Assembly (NCBI GenBank): GCA_048013815.1 | Contig: CM106585.1 | Location: forward strand, 14,508,001-14,572,000 | From: Setoptus koraiensis | Taxonomy: Eukaryota > Animalia > Arthropoda | Direction: 5' to 3' | DNA: 64,000 nucleotides | Part shown: positions 36,901 to 47,431 of the stretch, in pieces | How the letters are laid out: the number at the start of each line of letters is the position of its first letter | How positions within the stretch are numbered: the stretch's first letter is position 1 | The notes under the pieces: model-generated | Database searches by the model: none | The model's input: the letters and a program-made list of their open reading frames with translations, nothing else | What the model was told of the DNA's origin: nothing | Program-made: the position numbers and the translations under genes

Positions 36901-39701
36901 AGTGGAATTCCGTCATGTCGAATCGACGCAGATCAGCTCACATAGATCATCAAGACAGAGGATGGAAATAAATAAATAAACTGTATGCCCGCCGTATTTA
37001 TTATTATCTCACATGTCTGACAATGACAGACGTCGTTGCGTCGACAAAAACATATGGCCGAGACAAGCAACAAATCCTTCGGATGTGGCAACGTGATGAC
37101 GTGCGCAGAGAAAGGTATAAATAATACGATGATAGATACCTTTTGCTGAGCCCCCTTTCTCGAGCCCCCTTTCTCGAGCCACCTTTCTCGAGCTACCGGC
37201 GATTCAATGAAATGCTGTCGACTCATTTTATTGCTTGGAATTTGTATTGGATAATAATGTCGATTGTGTTGTGTGCATTTGCTCCAAATTGATGATCGCC
37301 CGCCATTGTGTTAACAGTAGACGAGCGCGGGCCGAGCGCAACACCAACAACAACAACAACGACAGCAACGGCAGCGGCAACAACGACAACAACAGCAACG
37401 GCAACAAAGCCTGCCGAAACCAAAAGGATTGGGGCCCGGCGAGGTGACCTTTTGAGCTGCGTGTGTGTGCGTTGTTTGTGCGATAATCTTATGCTTACTT
37501 GTGTGGCGTCGATGTGATAGTCAGGTGGCAAGGTGCATTTACTCAGGCCGCTTATGCCGGCCCGAAAACATTGGCAAACAAAAAGACTCTTGCATCGTGT
37601 TCCGTTTTAGATTTTTCGTTTTCTATTGCCGGGCCTCACACACACACATACACGAACCAGTGAGCGAGGTACCTTGTATTAAAACACCGTTGGATATTTC
37701 ATTTTGGTTGTTGTTGATTGAGGTGACCGGTGGGCGAGCATCAGCATGGTTAAATTGGTAAAAGGCGCTTAAGATGCCACTCACAATCTATGAGAGTTGC
37801 CGAGTGGACAGTGGATCCGATTTCGTTTCTCTCGGGGGCGCGCAGATCGAGTGACACATACCGGATCGGATCGGATCAGATCGGTTTGGAGCTTCGCCTT
37901 TGTTTACATGTGAACAATAACGGCACTGTAGCGAGCCAATGAATGATAATCGCATCACTGATTCATCGTGACACACATAACTTGCCAAAGATTGCACCTA
38001 TTCAATTGACCACTGGACCGGCTAGTCGCCTATCTGGTTCAGTGGTGGCCAGTGCCCAAAGTGTCGATAGCATCATATTACCCCAGTGGCTGGCCAATGA
38101 ACGGTGTGGGTGTTCATTATGTTTGTGTTGGGCCCAATGTTCATATTGCAACAGTGAGTGTGTGTGTGTGTGCATGTGTCCTAACCAATTCTAATTTGGC
38201 CGGCAGCTTCGATAAGATTGTTGTTGTTGTTGTTGTTGCTGTTGTTATTGTTTGGTCTACTAGTGGTAATTCTTTGACGGATATATCGACAGAGTTCACG
38301 AACCACCTAATACAACATATGGACACAAGCGCCGTTCAAACAGATTATGCAATCCAGTTATATTATGCTCGGGCTAGTTGGATGGCACAGTTCACATGCG
38401 AGCTGCCAGCCGAGAAGAAAAGCAAATTCTCTTTGCAACAACAAAAGAAGCAGCACAACTGACGTGCACAAGATGCAGGCTACGTGCTTGCAAACACCAG
38501 CATGTACATATAGACGGCCCCATAGATATATACATCTGTCCGTGTATATAGCGATGTGCAGAGATGTATGCAGACAGAGGGACGCACAGAGATATATTCA
38601 GAGAGGGGGATATACGGAGAGATATACGGAGAGAGATATACGGAGAGAGATATAGGGAGAGAGGGGATATTCTCGGGAGACTCCGGGGTGGCTTTGCACA
38701 GACGGAAGTGGTAGCTGTCCGTTCTGGCGCGACCATTGGCGAGCGAGACGACACGATCAACATTGAAATAATGAGCTGCATGCTTAGATAGCGGGCCTGG
38801 GCGCATCGTCCGTGCGCTTATGCACGGGCTCGGCTGCGAGGGGCGCCCGGCGAGTAGCTTAAATTTCATTGTTGGCTCAAACACACACACACACACAAGA
38901 GAATTGGCTATTTGGCTATTTGAAGAAAAGAAAGAGAAGAATTCTCTTTATAGTCATGTTAAGCAAACATGAGCATTCTCATTAAGCCAACGCTGCGTTG
39001 GATGGTTATGGTTTGGGTTTTATTTAGCTCATTGCAGTGAATGAACAGCTATTCTTTGTCTACAAACTGGCATGCAAATCATGCTCGTTACAATTCCATG
39101 AATTGATAGTAACATTCACATGAAATGAAAGAAGCAAAAGAACGAAAAATAACGAACCGCACGGCCTTGCATTAACTTTTGCTTGTTTATTCGCAACGGA
39201 GTCTCATGGTCAAACGCCAACAGTCCCCATGGTCTAGTTACTATAGTCTGGTCGCTGCAGTCTGGTCACTGCCGTCTGGTCACTGCCGTCTGGCCAGTCA
39301 CAAGAGTGTCTGGATCAATTTGAACATTTGTCGTTGCACTTGTACATTTGTTGCATGATTGTTGTTAGTTGTGTGTAGCCAATGAAAGTATAATCGCCTC
39401 ACATGCTCATGTCGATAAATGTCCGCTAATGATCGCTATCACTGTCACTGATTCCGATGTCAGACAGCGAATTTAGTATCGCGCTTATTAATTTATTATT
39501 TATTATTATGATCAACTGCGATTACTAGTTGCTCGGCCGGTTCCATCAGGCGCCACTAGCAAACACATATCTAACCAACATTGCAACTGACCACTGTCCA
39601 CCAATGACCGCCAAGCGAGAGCCGTAGTCGTAACAAGCATACACTTTACTCATCGTCACATACGCGCAATGATGATACGCGACTGTAAAAAGATTAAATG
39701 A

Positions 39702-40691
39702 TCACTCTGCAAGACTTACCTCGTCCAAACCAATTGGATGCTGCTGCTGCTGTTGGGGCCCAATGGAGGCACAATTTTCGTTTTCCTGATCGCTAAATAA
39801 TGATCCGCTCTTGAAATGAATGGAACAATTTTTCCTGTTACATACACTGGTCCTGGTCAGATTATTGCTGCTGTCGGCATCGTTGTGTCTTGTTGTTTCC
39901 GAGCAATACGTTTGCGGCACATTGATTGAGGACACACTCAATAGTTTCGACAGTCTCCTCTTTCTCATACATCTATCACCGGTTGGGCATCTCCTTCTAT
40001 GTTTGTTGTTGTTGTCGCAGTGATGCAAATAATTATAGTCGTATTTTTGATTACTATGCTTGCCGTTGTTGTTGCTGTTGTCATTTTGATTGTTTTGGCG
40101 AAATTTTCCCTTCTGATAGGTCATCGACAGTAGGGCCGAGTTTCTGGTGCTCACATGTCTCACCACCAAAATAAACACGCCCAACAAATAGAAACTCACC
40201 ACCACGGTTACGTACAATATGGCGTTCTTGGAAGTTTCATGATAATCATTAGAGATGTCGTATTCATGCGACATACTAGACGATGTAGGTGGATTAGAGG
40301 ACAAGACTCTGTGAGCGAGATTCAATTTGGGCGACACTGTCACCATGGTATGGGGTCGGTTGTTATTATTATTGTTGTTGCTGTTTGTGGCGTTTCTCAA
40401 GTTGACTGATAATCTTCGCGACGTCGTACTGTTCTGTGAGACACTCTTTTTTGCTGAGTAATCACTAACATTTGTCGAGGCACTTGATGAATTCGAATCA
40501 CTGTTACCTATTGTAGCGAACAGTTGTTGTTTTGAGGAATTAAATCCAACTGATTTGTCGTTTCCTTTGCCTGCCATCTTCGTTTGCATCGTGTCCAGTG
40601 TTTGGTGCCTAGCGGCCAGTCTTTTCTCAAACTGACTCTCTGATGTATTCCTAGCGGCCGACCTGGGGTCAGTGTTGCTTTCTGAATCCAT
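39702..40691 (-). CDS. 329-aa single-pass membrane protein, TM segment reminiscent of KCNE-like accessory subunits
   Basis: ATG-initiated 990-nt ORF, no signal peptide, one TM (NAILYVTVVVSFYLLGVFILVVRHV) followed by basic residues. The family resemblance is inference only. Confidence 0.7.
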   Translation of the reverse strand: MDSESNTDPRSAARNTSESQFEKRLAARHQTLDTMQTKMAGKGNDKSVGFNSSKQQLFATIGNSDSNSSSASTNVSDYSAKKSVSQNSTTSRRLSVNLRNATNSNNNNNNNRPHTMVTVSPKLNLAHRVLSSNPPTSSSMSHEYDISNDYHETSKNAILYVTVVVSFYLLGVFILVVRHVSTRNSALLSMTYQKGKFRQNNQNDNSNNNGKHSNQKYDYNYLHHCDNNNKHRRRCPTGDRCMRKRRLSKLLSVSSINVPQTYCSETTRHNDADSSNNLTRTSVCNRKNCSIHFKSGSLFSDQENENCASIGPQQQQQHPIGLDEVSLAE

Positions 40692-41795
40692 TTCGTCTCA
40701 GGTCAATGTTGCATTCAGTGCTAATGTAATTTATGCAACTTCTTATGCCACCTATACGATGTTGTCTCGCACTCGCTCTAACTCTCTATGCGATCACCTC
40801 TTTCGGAGTGTTTGCAACTTTTCGCTTGTCCTCAGTCCATGTAGATGTAAAGTGCATATCTCACATTAGGCTCCTATGTGGTAGGCGCGTAATGCTAGCC
40901 CGTGTTTTAGTCCCATCTGGCTTAGGGCGCCTGCGCCAAGTGCCCCAAACGCCCTATGCCAGCTATCGACGGCGCTTTGTAGCGTTAGTTTGACCATCGT
41001 CGATGCCACATTGGCTCACTTGAATAGATAATTAACCTTTGAAGGCGCAAACATAAGTTCGGCCAGCGCCCGTGCACCAGACCGCCATTTTTGTCACCTG
41101 GACACGCTTTAGATTTTCCCCCCGGATCAGACATGTCTGGCCGGCAAAATGTCCCCCTCAATAACTGCAATCAATCACCTCTGTCGGCTTGCAGGCAATT
41201 ATTTTCGCTTCTGCGCTTCTTGGTTCGACCATCATATACTCTGATTACACACGGGAAAGTGTGCATACCGGAAATCGCACGGACTCAGCCTTGACATATC
41301 TGGCGCATTGGCTCAAGGATGCCCGGCGAGGGCGCGTGATGCGCATCGGCTAGACTTGATTTCACTGTGTGCAGCACCTGTCCGGGCGTTGTAATTAATA
41401 TCAATTAACGCAATGCTTACTTACAATAATTACTTTTAGTGTTGAACAGCAATTATTGAAAAGTGACGTAATGGCGGCGCCTTCGGTCTGGTTATTGCGT
41501 CGCGCCTCAACAAAAGTTGTCAACTTTTAAAGTTGGCGCCGCGCTGTCGAAAAGCGCAAATGAACCACACGTGACTTGCCGAATATGTGAGTGACGCGCA
41601 TCACAGCCAGAGCTTTCACTGGCGCCACTGGGCGTAGCCACCTACAGTTTGGCACTGTGAGTGAGTGTCTGCTGTTTGTTCGATAGTGAAACGAACTATT
41701 ATGTATGCTGTATATCGTGTGTACCGTGTGTTAGTATTGCGCGCCGCCGCTAGCACAGTTTTTGCCCATTGCACACAATGGGCAAACAACTGACT

Positions 41796-41832
41796 GTTGG
41801 CATACGCATTGTTGATGTTGCGCGATCAACTG
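41796..41832. repeat. Inverted repeat / hairpin, 16 bp with one bulge
   Basis: CAGTT-TTTGCCCATTG-CACA-CAATGGGCAAA-C-AACTG. Confidence 0.8.
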
Positions 41833-42563
41833 TTGGCACAGATGATGATGTTTGCGCGCAGAATGAATAGAACTTGAGAGTGCAGTTGGCGAACTAACGA
41901 ACAAATGCCACTGTGTGTTGTTAGCGCGAATCGCACGAACAAAAGCGCACAGCCAATGAACTTACATTGGGTATGCCGTATAACAAGGATATGCGAATAT
42001 ACGAGAGCAACCATATAGCCTTATACAGCAGTGCGCTGGCTATTACAACTGGGATATATAACTATAAATACTATTATTATTTCTATATGCAAATTATAAT
42101 TATTACAACAACAGATGATGGAAATTTGTTTATTACGTTGTAAACAATAAGGGAAATTAGTAATAATTTAAATTAACAATTGCTGGCATTGGCACACAAG
42201 GATAATATCGGGCTGATTTTCATGTACTGAGCGTTGGTGATTGATGTCAATAACATTCATTTCGCACCCAGAGGAGACACATTGGGCAATGTTAGCTGAG
42301 GCGGTCCATTAATAAACGCAAACAACCTCTCTATACTACATGTAATATTGAGTAATACGACCCCGGCTCACGACGACACACATTACTTACCTATTACAAT
42401 TATTTAATATTAATTTAATAAGACGAAAAAGAAGCTTTCAGTGGACAGGCAATAATTTAATAATCCATACTCGTACCACATAATTCATGATACAAGATTC
42501 AACCAAAAATAGATGACTAACACGAGACATCACACACATGAGATATAGTGACACACACAAAAT

Positions 42564-44765
42564 ATGGCGGTCTTTCTTGTGAATCAATGCACTTTTACAA
42601 AACAACAACAAACGCCATCTCTTAATGGCTCTATTATAAATTCAAATGATAGTGATATTAATAATGTTGACCCCAACGTGCCACCTGGACAGTGTGGTCT
42701 CAAGTTCTCTTCATTATTTGAACTAATACATCACATAGAGGACAATCATATTATTGATGCCGATTACAGTAGCTGTCAACCGCAAACACACCAACAGCCG
42801 TTATGTAATAACAATCACAATGGTGCTGTTAATACTCAACAACAAACACACCTGTCCCAGCAACAGCAGATTGATTTACAGCAACAGGGCTCATTACAAC
42901 ATCAGGCCCAAGCGCAAAATAGCTCTTTGCCATTAACGCAACAATCCAATGGAGTTGTCAATGCTAATACCTCAAATGGGCAACAGCTCAACAATATTAA
43001 TGGACAACTAACTAACGCTGTTCAATTTATAAATCCATCTACTAATGGTAACACTAATGTGCAAGGGACATCAAGCAACGTTACCCCATCTTGCTTGCCT
43101 ATCAGTTGTGTTTTGCGTATATTTGCGTCCAGTGGCAACAACGCTAATGCCAACGGAAACAATCCTCAGCCAGTACCAACATCTAACACAACAACACCAA
43201 ATAATACGCCGACGTCTCTGCCTAATAACCAACAGCATAATCACGCATCATTGCCCACCTATCAGCATTTAATTCAGCACAAGATGATGCCCTCAACAAA
43301 CGGAGGCCTTCTGCCCCAGCCCATTGTCTACACAAACCAACTCGGTAATTATAATACAGATCTTGGCGTAGGCTCACCAACTGTAATATCTTCAATTCAA
43401 GCTAATAACAAGACTGTCATCAATAGTAATTTGATAAACAATAGTCAGCAGTCCGGCAACACTCTCCAAGTTAATAATGGAACTATATTAGACTCGTTGA
43501 GTAAACCCGCATCAACTCCGAAACCCTCTCCGTACGATTACGTTGATTGTGACAATTTCTCAAATTCATCGTCACAGCAGTCGCAACAATCCGTAAATAC
43601 AACTGCAAGTATTAGTACAAGTAGTATGAGTTTTGCTAGTAACACAAACGGTACTGTTATTGACACTATTAAGCAAACCAAATCATTCAAGTATGACCCT
43701 GGAGCTATGGCAACAAACAACCCACCTCAAACCTCAATCCCCCAAAAACAAATTGATCAGTTGAACAGCAATCAAGCCATGATAAATGTTCTCAGCCCTA
43801 CTACAAACAATTTGAACAAAAGTGTCACTCAAAATAGTGGTGTTTCAAATACGGCTAATATTGTTGTTCCAAAGCCCGCTAAAACTTACAAATGCGAGTG
43901 TGGAAGGAATTATAAGACACCTCATGGATTAAGAAGCCATATGAACGTGCATCATCCACCATCAGGTCAAGCACCTGTGAAACCAGTGGCAACCCAACCA
44001 AAGACACCCGCTCAACACCAGTCGGTTTCACAAACAACAGTCCCCCAACAGACGCCGCAGCAGCAAGCGACACCACAATCCACAAATAAACAAACTAAGG
44101 TAGCTCAGCAGGTCAAAACACTTCAAAGTATGACTCCTAAGACAATCAAACAGCAGATACCAAAGCCGAAGACAGTCAAAAAAGTTATTACAAAGCAAAA
44201 CCCTCAAGTATCTCAAACGACAGGATTCAATCAAACAACTGTAACGAACCAATACAATGCAGATAGACAATCAACACAATTCCTAGGGCAACAGCAACCA
44301 CAACTGCAACAACAAACGCAGCTCCAAAGTCAACCTCAGCTTCAGCAACAACCGCAGTTACAACTTCAGCTTCAACAGCAGCCCCAGATCCAACAGCAGC
44401 CCCAGATCCAACAGCAGCCCCAGATCCAACAGCAGCCCCAGATCCAACAACAGGCCCAAGTCCAACAACAACCTCAAATTCAACTGCAGCAGCAACAAAC
44501 GCAGATTCAGCAACAACAGATACAGCCACAACAGCTTCAGAGTGGATTCCCTAATCAAGCACAAACTAGCTTCAATGATAATCAAACCAATTCTTATTCC
44601 AATCGGCCATTACAGGGCACAGTCAGTGGTTTCACCAGTCAACAGGCTGGCACAACTCAGATCCAGACTAATTACCAACAAACCTCTCAATCCCCCCAAA
44701 CAACACAAATCTATTCGAGCAATTTAATTCAAAATAGCCACCAGAAGATGGATTTTTTGTCCTGA
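42564..44765 (+). CDS. JAZF1: JAZF1-like C2H2 zinc-finger protein (NuA4/TIP60-associated family), 733 aa, intronless, poly-Q tail
   Basis: MAVFLVNQC...CGLKFSSLFELIHHIEDNHI matches the JAZF1 N-terminal finger. PSCLPISCVLRIF matches the YVALSYINRF block. YKCECGRNYKTPHGLRSHMNVHHPP matches the C-terminal finger FKCRCGKSYKTAQGLRHHTINFHPP. Confidence 0.85.
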   Translation: MAVFLVNQCTFTKQQQTPSLNGSIINSNDSDINNVDPNVPPGQCGLKFSSLFELIHHIEDNHIIDADYSSCQPQTHQQPLCNNNHNGAVNTQQQTHLSQQQQIDLQQQGSLQHQAQAQNSSLPLTQQSNGVVNANTSNGQQLNNINGQLTNAVQFINPSTNGNTNVQGTSSNVTPSCLPISCVLRIFASSGNNANANGNNPQPVPTSNTTTPNNTPTSLPNNQQHNHASLPTYQHLIQHKMMPSTNGGLLPQPIVYTNQLGNYNTDLGVGSPTVISSIQANNKTVINSNLINNSQQSGNTLQVNNGTILDSLSKPASTPKPSPYDYVDCDNFSNSSSQQSQQSVNTTASISTSSMSFASNTNGTVIDTIKQTKSFKYDPGAMATNNPPQTSIPQKQIDQLNSNQAMINVLSPTTNNLNKSVTQNSGVSNTANIVVPKPAKTYKCECGRNYKTPHGLRSHMNVHHPPSGQAPVKPVATQPKTPAQHQSVSQTTVPQQTPQQQATPQSTNKQTKVAQQVKTLQSMTPKTIKQQIPKPKTVKKVITKQNPQVSQTTGFNQTTVTNQYNADRQSTQFLGQQQPQLQQQTQLQSQPQLQQQPQLQLQLQQQPQIQQQPQIQQQPQIQQQPQIQQQAQVQQQPQIQLQQQQTQIQQQQIQPQQLQSGFPNQAQTSFNDNQTNSYSNRPLQGTVSGFTSQQAGTTQIQTNYQQTSQSPQTTQIYSSNLIQNSHQKMDFLS

Positions 44766-44824
44766 ACGAGAAGCGTGAGCATTGAGATAGCCCCAGTCCG
44801 CGCCTTTTTCAATTTCAAAAATAT

Positions 44825-44841
44825 TGCGCATGACCGGATTT
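44825..44841 (+). promoter_or_regulatory. 17-mer TGCGCATGACCGGATTT upstream of RPL8 copy A
   Basis: The identical 17-mer lies in the same orientation upstream of RPL8 copy B (50640-50656, minus), although the surrounding DNA is not homologous. Confidence 0.55.
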
Positions 44842-45054
44842 TTTTCTGCGCATTTCGATGCACATGGTCGTAGAATCAACCATACATTCATGTCGGTGAG
44901 CGATTTTACTGTATAATATACGTACGTTTACCTTTACTCACTTTCTATACATGTATAATCTGTTATCAATAAAGTCAATCAGTCATAACTACTTTGAAGC
45001 TGGTCCGTTGCCATTAAATTACATTTTTCTTGAGAACTCTATTAATTATTCACC

Positions 45055-45831
45055 ATGGGACGAGTGATCAGAGGACAACGTAAAGGTGCCGGTGGTATTT
45101 TCAAAAGCCACAACAAGCATCGCAAGGGTGCAGCCAAATTGAGGCCCATCGACTACTCTGAGCGTCATGGTTACATCAAAGGGGTAATCAAAGAGATTAT
45201 TCACGATCCAGGTCGTGGTGCACCATTGGCTAGAGTAGACTTCAGAGATCCATACAAGTTCAGACATAACAAAGAGCTGTTCTTAGCGGCCGAAGGAATG
45301 TACTCAGGTCAATTCATCTACTGTGGTCGTCGTGCAACTTTGACAATCGGAAATGTCTTACCTGTAGGAAACTTGCCCGAAGGTACAACAATTTGTAATG
45401 TTGAAGAGAAAGCCGGTGATAGAGGCAAATTGGCCCGCGCCTCGGGAGGCTACGCCACTGTTGTAGCACACAACCCAGATACCAAGAAGACCAAGCTGAA
45501 GCTTCCATCTGGAGCCAAAAAGACCGTATCATCACAGAACCGTGCCATGATTGGTATCATCGCTGGCGGTGGTCGTACAGAAAAGCCTATCTTGAAGGCT
45601 GGCCGTGCCTATCACAAGTACAAGGCGAAGCGTAACAGCTGGCCCAAGGTTCGTGGTGTGGCTATGAACCCAGTCGAGCATCCTCACGGAGGAGGTAACC
45701 ATCAACACATTGGTCATGCCTCAACTGTAAGACGAGACGCATCAGCCGGTAGAAAGGTTGGTTTGATTGCCGCAAGAAGAACAGGTAGAATCAGAGGTGG
45801 TAAGGGAACAGTACCCAAAGAAAAGGATTAA
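45055..45831 (+). CDS. RPL8: 60S ribosomal protein L8 (uL2), copy A, intronless CDS
   Basis: [13 protein letters not shown]..., [25 protein letters not shown], 258 aa. Confidence 0.98.
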   Translation: MGRVIRGQRKGAGGIFKSHNKHRKGAAKLRPIDYSERHGYIKGVIKEIIHDPGRGAPLARVDFRDPYKFRHNKELFLAAEGMYSGQFIYCGRRATLTIGNVLPVGNLPEGTTICNVEEKAGDRGKLARASGGYATVVAHNPDTKKTKLKLPSGAKKTVSSQNRAMIGIIAGGGRTEKPILKAGRAYHKYKAKRNSWPKVRGVAMNPVEHPHGGGNHQHIGHASTVRRDASAGRKVGLIAARRTGRIRGGKGTVPKEKD

Positions 45832-45980
45832 ACTTGTTCAACAAATTAAATAAATTATGATTTGCACTTACAAATTCACATCCATGAAACTTGTGTCTCT
45901 CTGCCGTGAATAACAATCCAACTAGATCATTTGATACTGTGACGATACGATCGCACATTTTCATTGGTATTTACATCATT

Positions 45981-46228
45981 TCATTCTTGGTGTAAAGTTA
46001 TTAAAACAGAATCTTTACTAACAATATCGCCAACTGAACAAGTTATAGTTTCAAACACGCCATCATCGCTAGCCTTGCTTGTATACTCCATTTTCATCGA
46101 ATTTACCAGAATAAGGTTCTGAACTTTGACAACTTTATCACTAACTGCTACCATAAGAGAGATCGTGCCTCTAAATCCAAGACTGTTAGCTGTAAATCTT
46201 TCGTCTAACTTTTCACTGAAACAGTTGA
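45981..46228 (-). pseudogene. MCCC1: Duplicated 3' fragment of MCCC1 with an in-frame partial biotin-carrier domain (57-aa ORF at 45981-46154)
   Basis: Reverse complement of about 51293-51540. Encodes MVAVSDKVVKVQNLILVNSMKMEYTSKASDDGVFETITCSVGDIVSKDSVLITLHQE. Confidence 0.85.
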
Positions 46229-46232
46229 TATA

Positions 46233-47075
46233 TCAATCATCATCAATTATTATAACGTCGCTGTCATCATCTTCTTCGGGACGATTGTTTACGGGGCAGG
46301 GATTTCGAGCTGGTAGGGTTGAAATGTTGTTCGTCAGGAAAGAGCTAATGGTAGAACGGTTGACAGTGATACTACCAACCGGATTTCTATCCACCGCGTT
46401 TCTATCCATCAGGTTTCTATCCATCAGGTTTCTATCCACCAGGTTTCTATCCACCGGATTTCTATCCACTGGGTTTCTATCCACCGGGTTTCTATCCACC
46501 AAGTTTCTATCCACCGGGTTTCTATCCACTGGGTTTCTATCCCCCGGGTTTCTATCCCCCGGGTTTCTATCCACCGGGTTTCTATCCACCGGGTTTCTAT
46601 CCACCGGGTTTCTATCCACCGGGTTTCTATCCACCGTGTTTCTATCCACCGGGTTTCTATCCACCGTGTTTCTATCAATACTATTGACTAAACCGTTAGA
46701 ATTTGTTGCAGTCCTACGAGGTGAGTGAGATATAGGGTTGACATTATTTACGATGTGATTGTTTACGTTGCCGCCTGAGTTTTCCAATATATAATATGGT
46801 GTGGGTGCCACAACTTGTCCATTGGTCTCCGTGAAATCACATTGGATCCCGACTTCTACAAATTCTGCTGGGTTAGTGTGGCATTGGTGACAATTTTCAA
46901 ATTTTTTCAATTCTTCTTGATACCTAGCAATTTTGTCCCTCGATTCTTGGTCCCTGGCCTCCAATGATGCGAATCTTTTCTTCAATTCGTGAAATTGTTT
47001 TGCGTAATCATTGCTGACAAGATCCGAAACCATTTTTTGCAGGACAGCCACTTGTGCCTCCGTGTAATCTGCCAT
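46233..47075 (-). CDS. 280-aa orphan protein: N-terminal coiled coil, GIQCD motif, 20 xDRNx pentapeptide repeats, C-terminal SIM-like VIIIDDD
   Basis: ATG-initiated ORF divergent from MCCC1. The non-repeat parts have normal protein-like composition. Confidence 0.7.
   Translation of the reverse strand: MADYTEAQVAVLQKMVSDLVSNDYAKQFHELKKRFASLEARDQESRDKIARYQEELKKFENCHQCHTNPAEFVEVGIQCDFTETNGQVVAPTPYYILENSGGNVNNHIVNNVNPISHSPRRTATNSNGLVNSIDRNTVDRNPVDRNTVDRNPVDRNPVDRNPVDRNPVDRNPGDRNPGDRNPVDRNPVDRNLVDRNPVDRNPVDRNPVDRNLVDRNLMDRNLMDRNAVDRNPVGSITVNRSTISSFLTNNISTLPARNPCPVNNRPEEDDDSDVIIIDDD
46380..46679. repeat. 15-bp coding minisatellite, 20 units (consensus GGGTTTCTATCCACC on +)
   Basis: Unit count from the translation: 20 DRN units. 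Confidence 0.95.
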
Positions 47076-47431
47076 TATATAAGTGATTTGAATAAAACCT
47101 CTCCTCAGAAAGAGTTGATAATTTGGGTGTCATTTTTTTTAAAGTTCACATTCTAGTGTCACATTCATCATGCAGGCTGCATGGAATATTTAATTTCGAT
47201 AGATTGCGATTTTAGTACTACGCATGCTCATCAATCTAGTCCTGGCGGGTTTAACATTTTCATTGAACATTGCTGATTGAACGTCATTTTGTTATCAGTG
47301 ATAACCCCAGCTGGATATTATCTGACCAGACTATCGGGTCAATTAATTTGATAACTTACCCGAAAATCGGCCATGGTAATCGATTGGTTGAGTGGACATT
47401 CAGAAAGAAAAAAGATTCAGAACTCAAAAAG

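Noticed and set aside
41599-41619. CATCACAGCCAGAGCTTTCAC, resembling miR-2/miR-11
   Set aside because: The seed matches, but the upstream arm pairs poorly and the loop is too small for a pre-miRNA.
46126-46728. 200-aa plus-strand ORF with FLSTG repeats (and the 84-aa IETRW ORF)
   Set aside because: Shadow frames of the stop-free 15-bp minisatellite. The minus-strand DRN frame has the ATG and protein-like flanks.
47270-47431. 54-codon N-terminal extension of MCCC1 from a TTG
   Set aside because: Non-ATG start that does not resemble a mitochondrial presequence. The true 5' end is unresolved.
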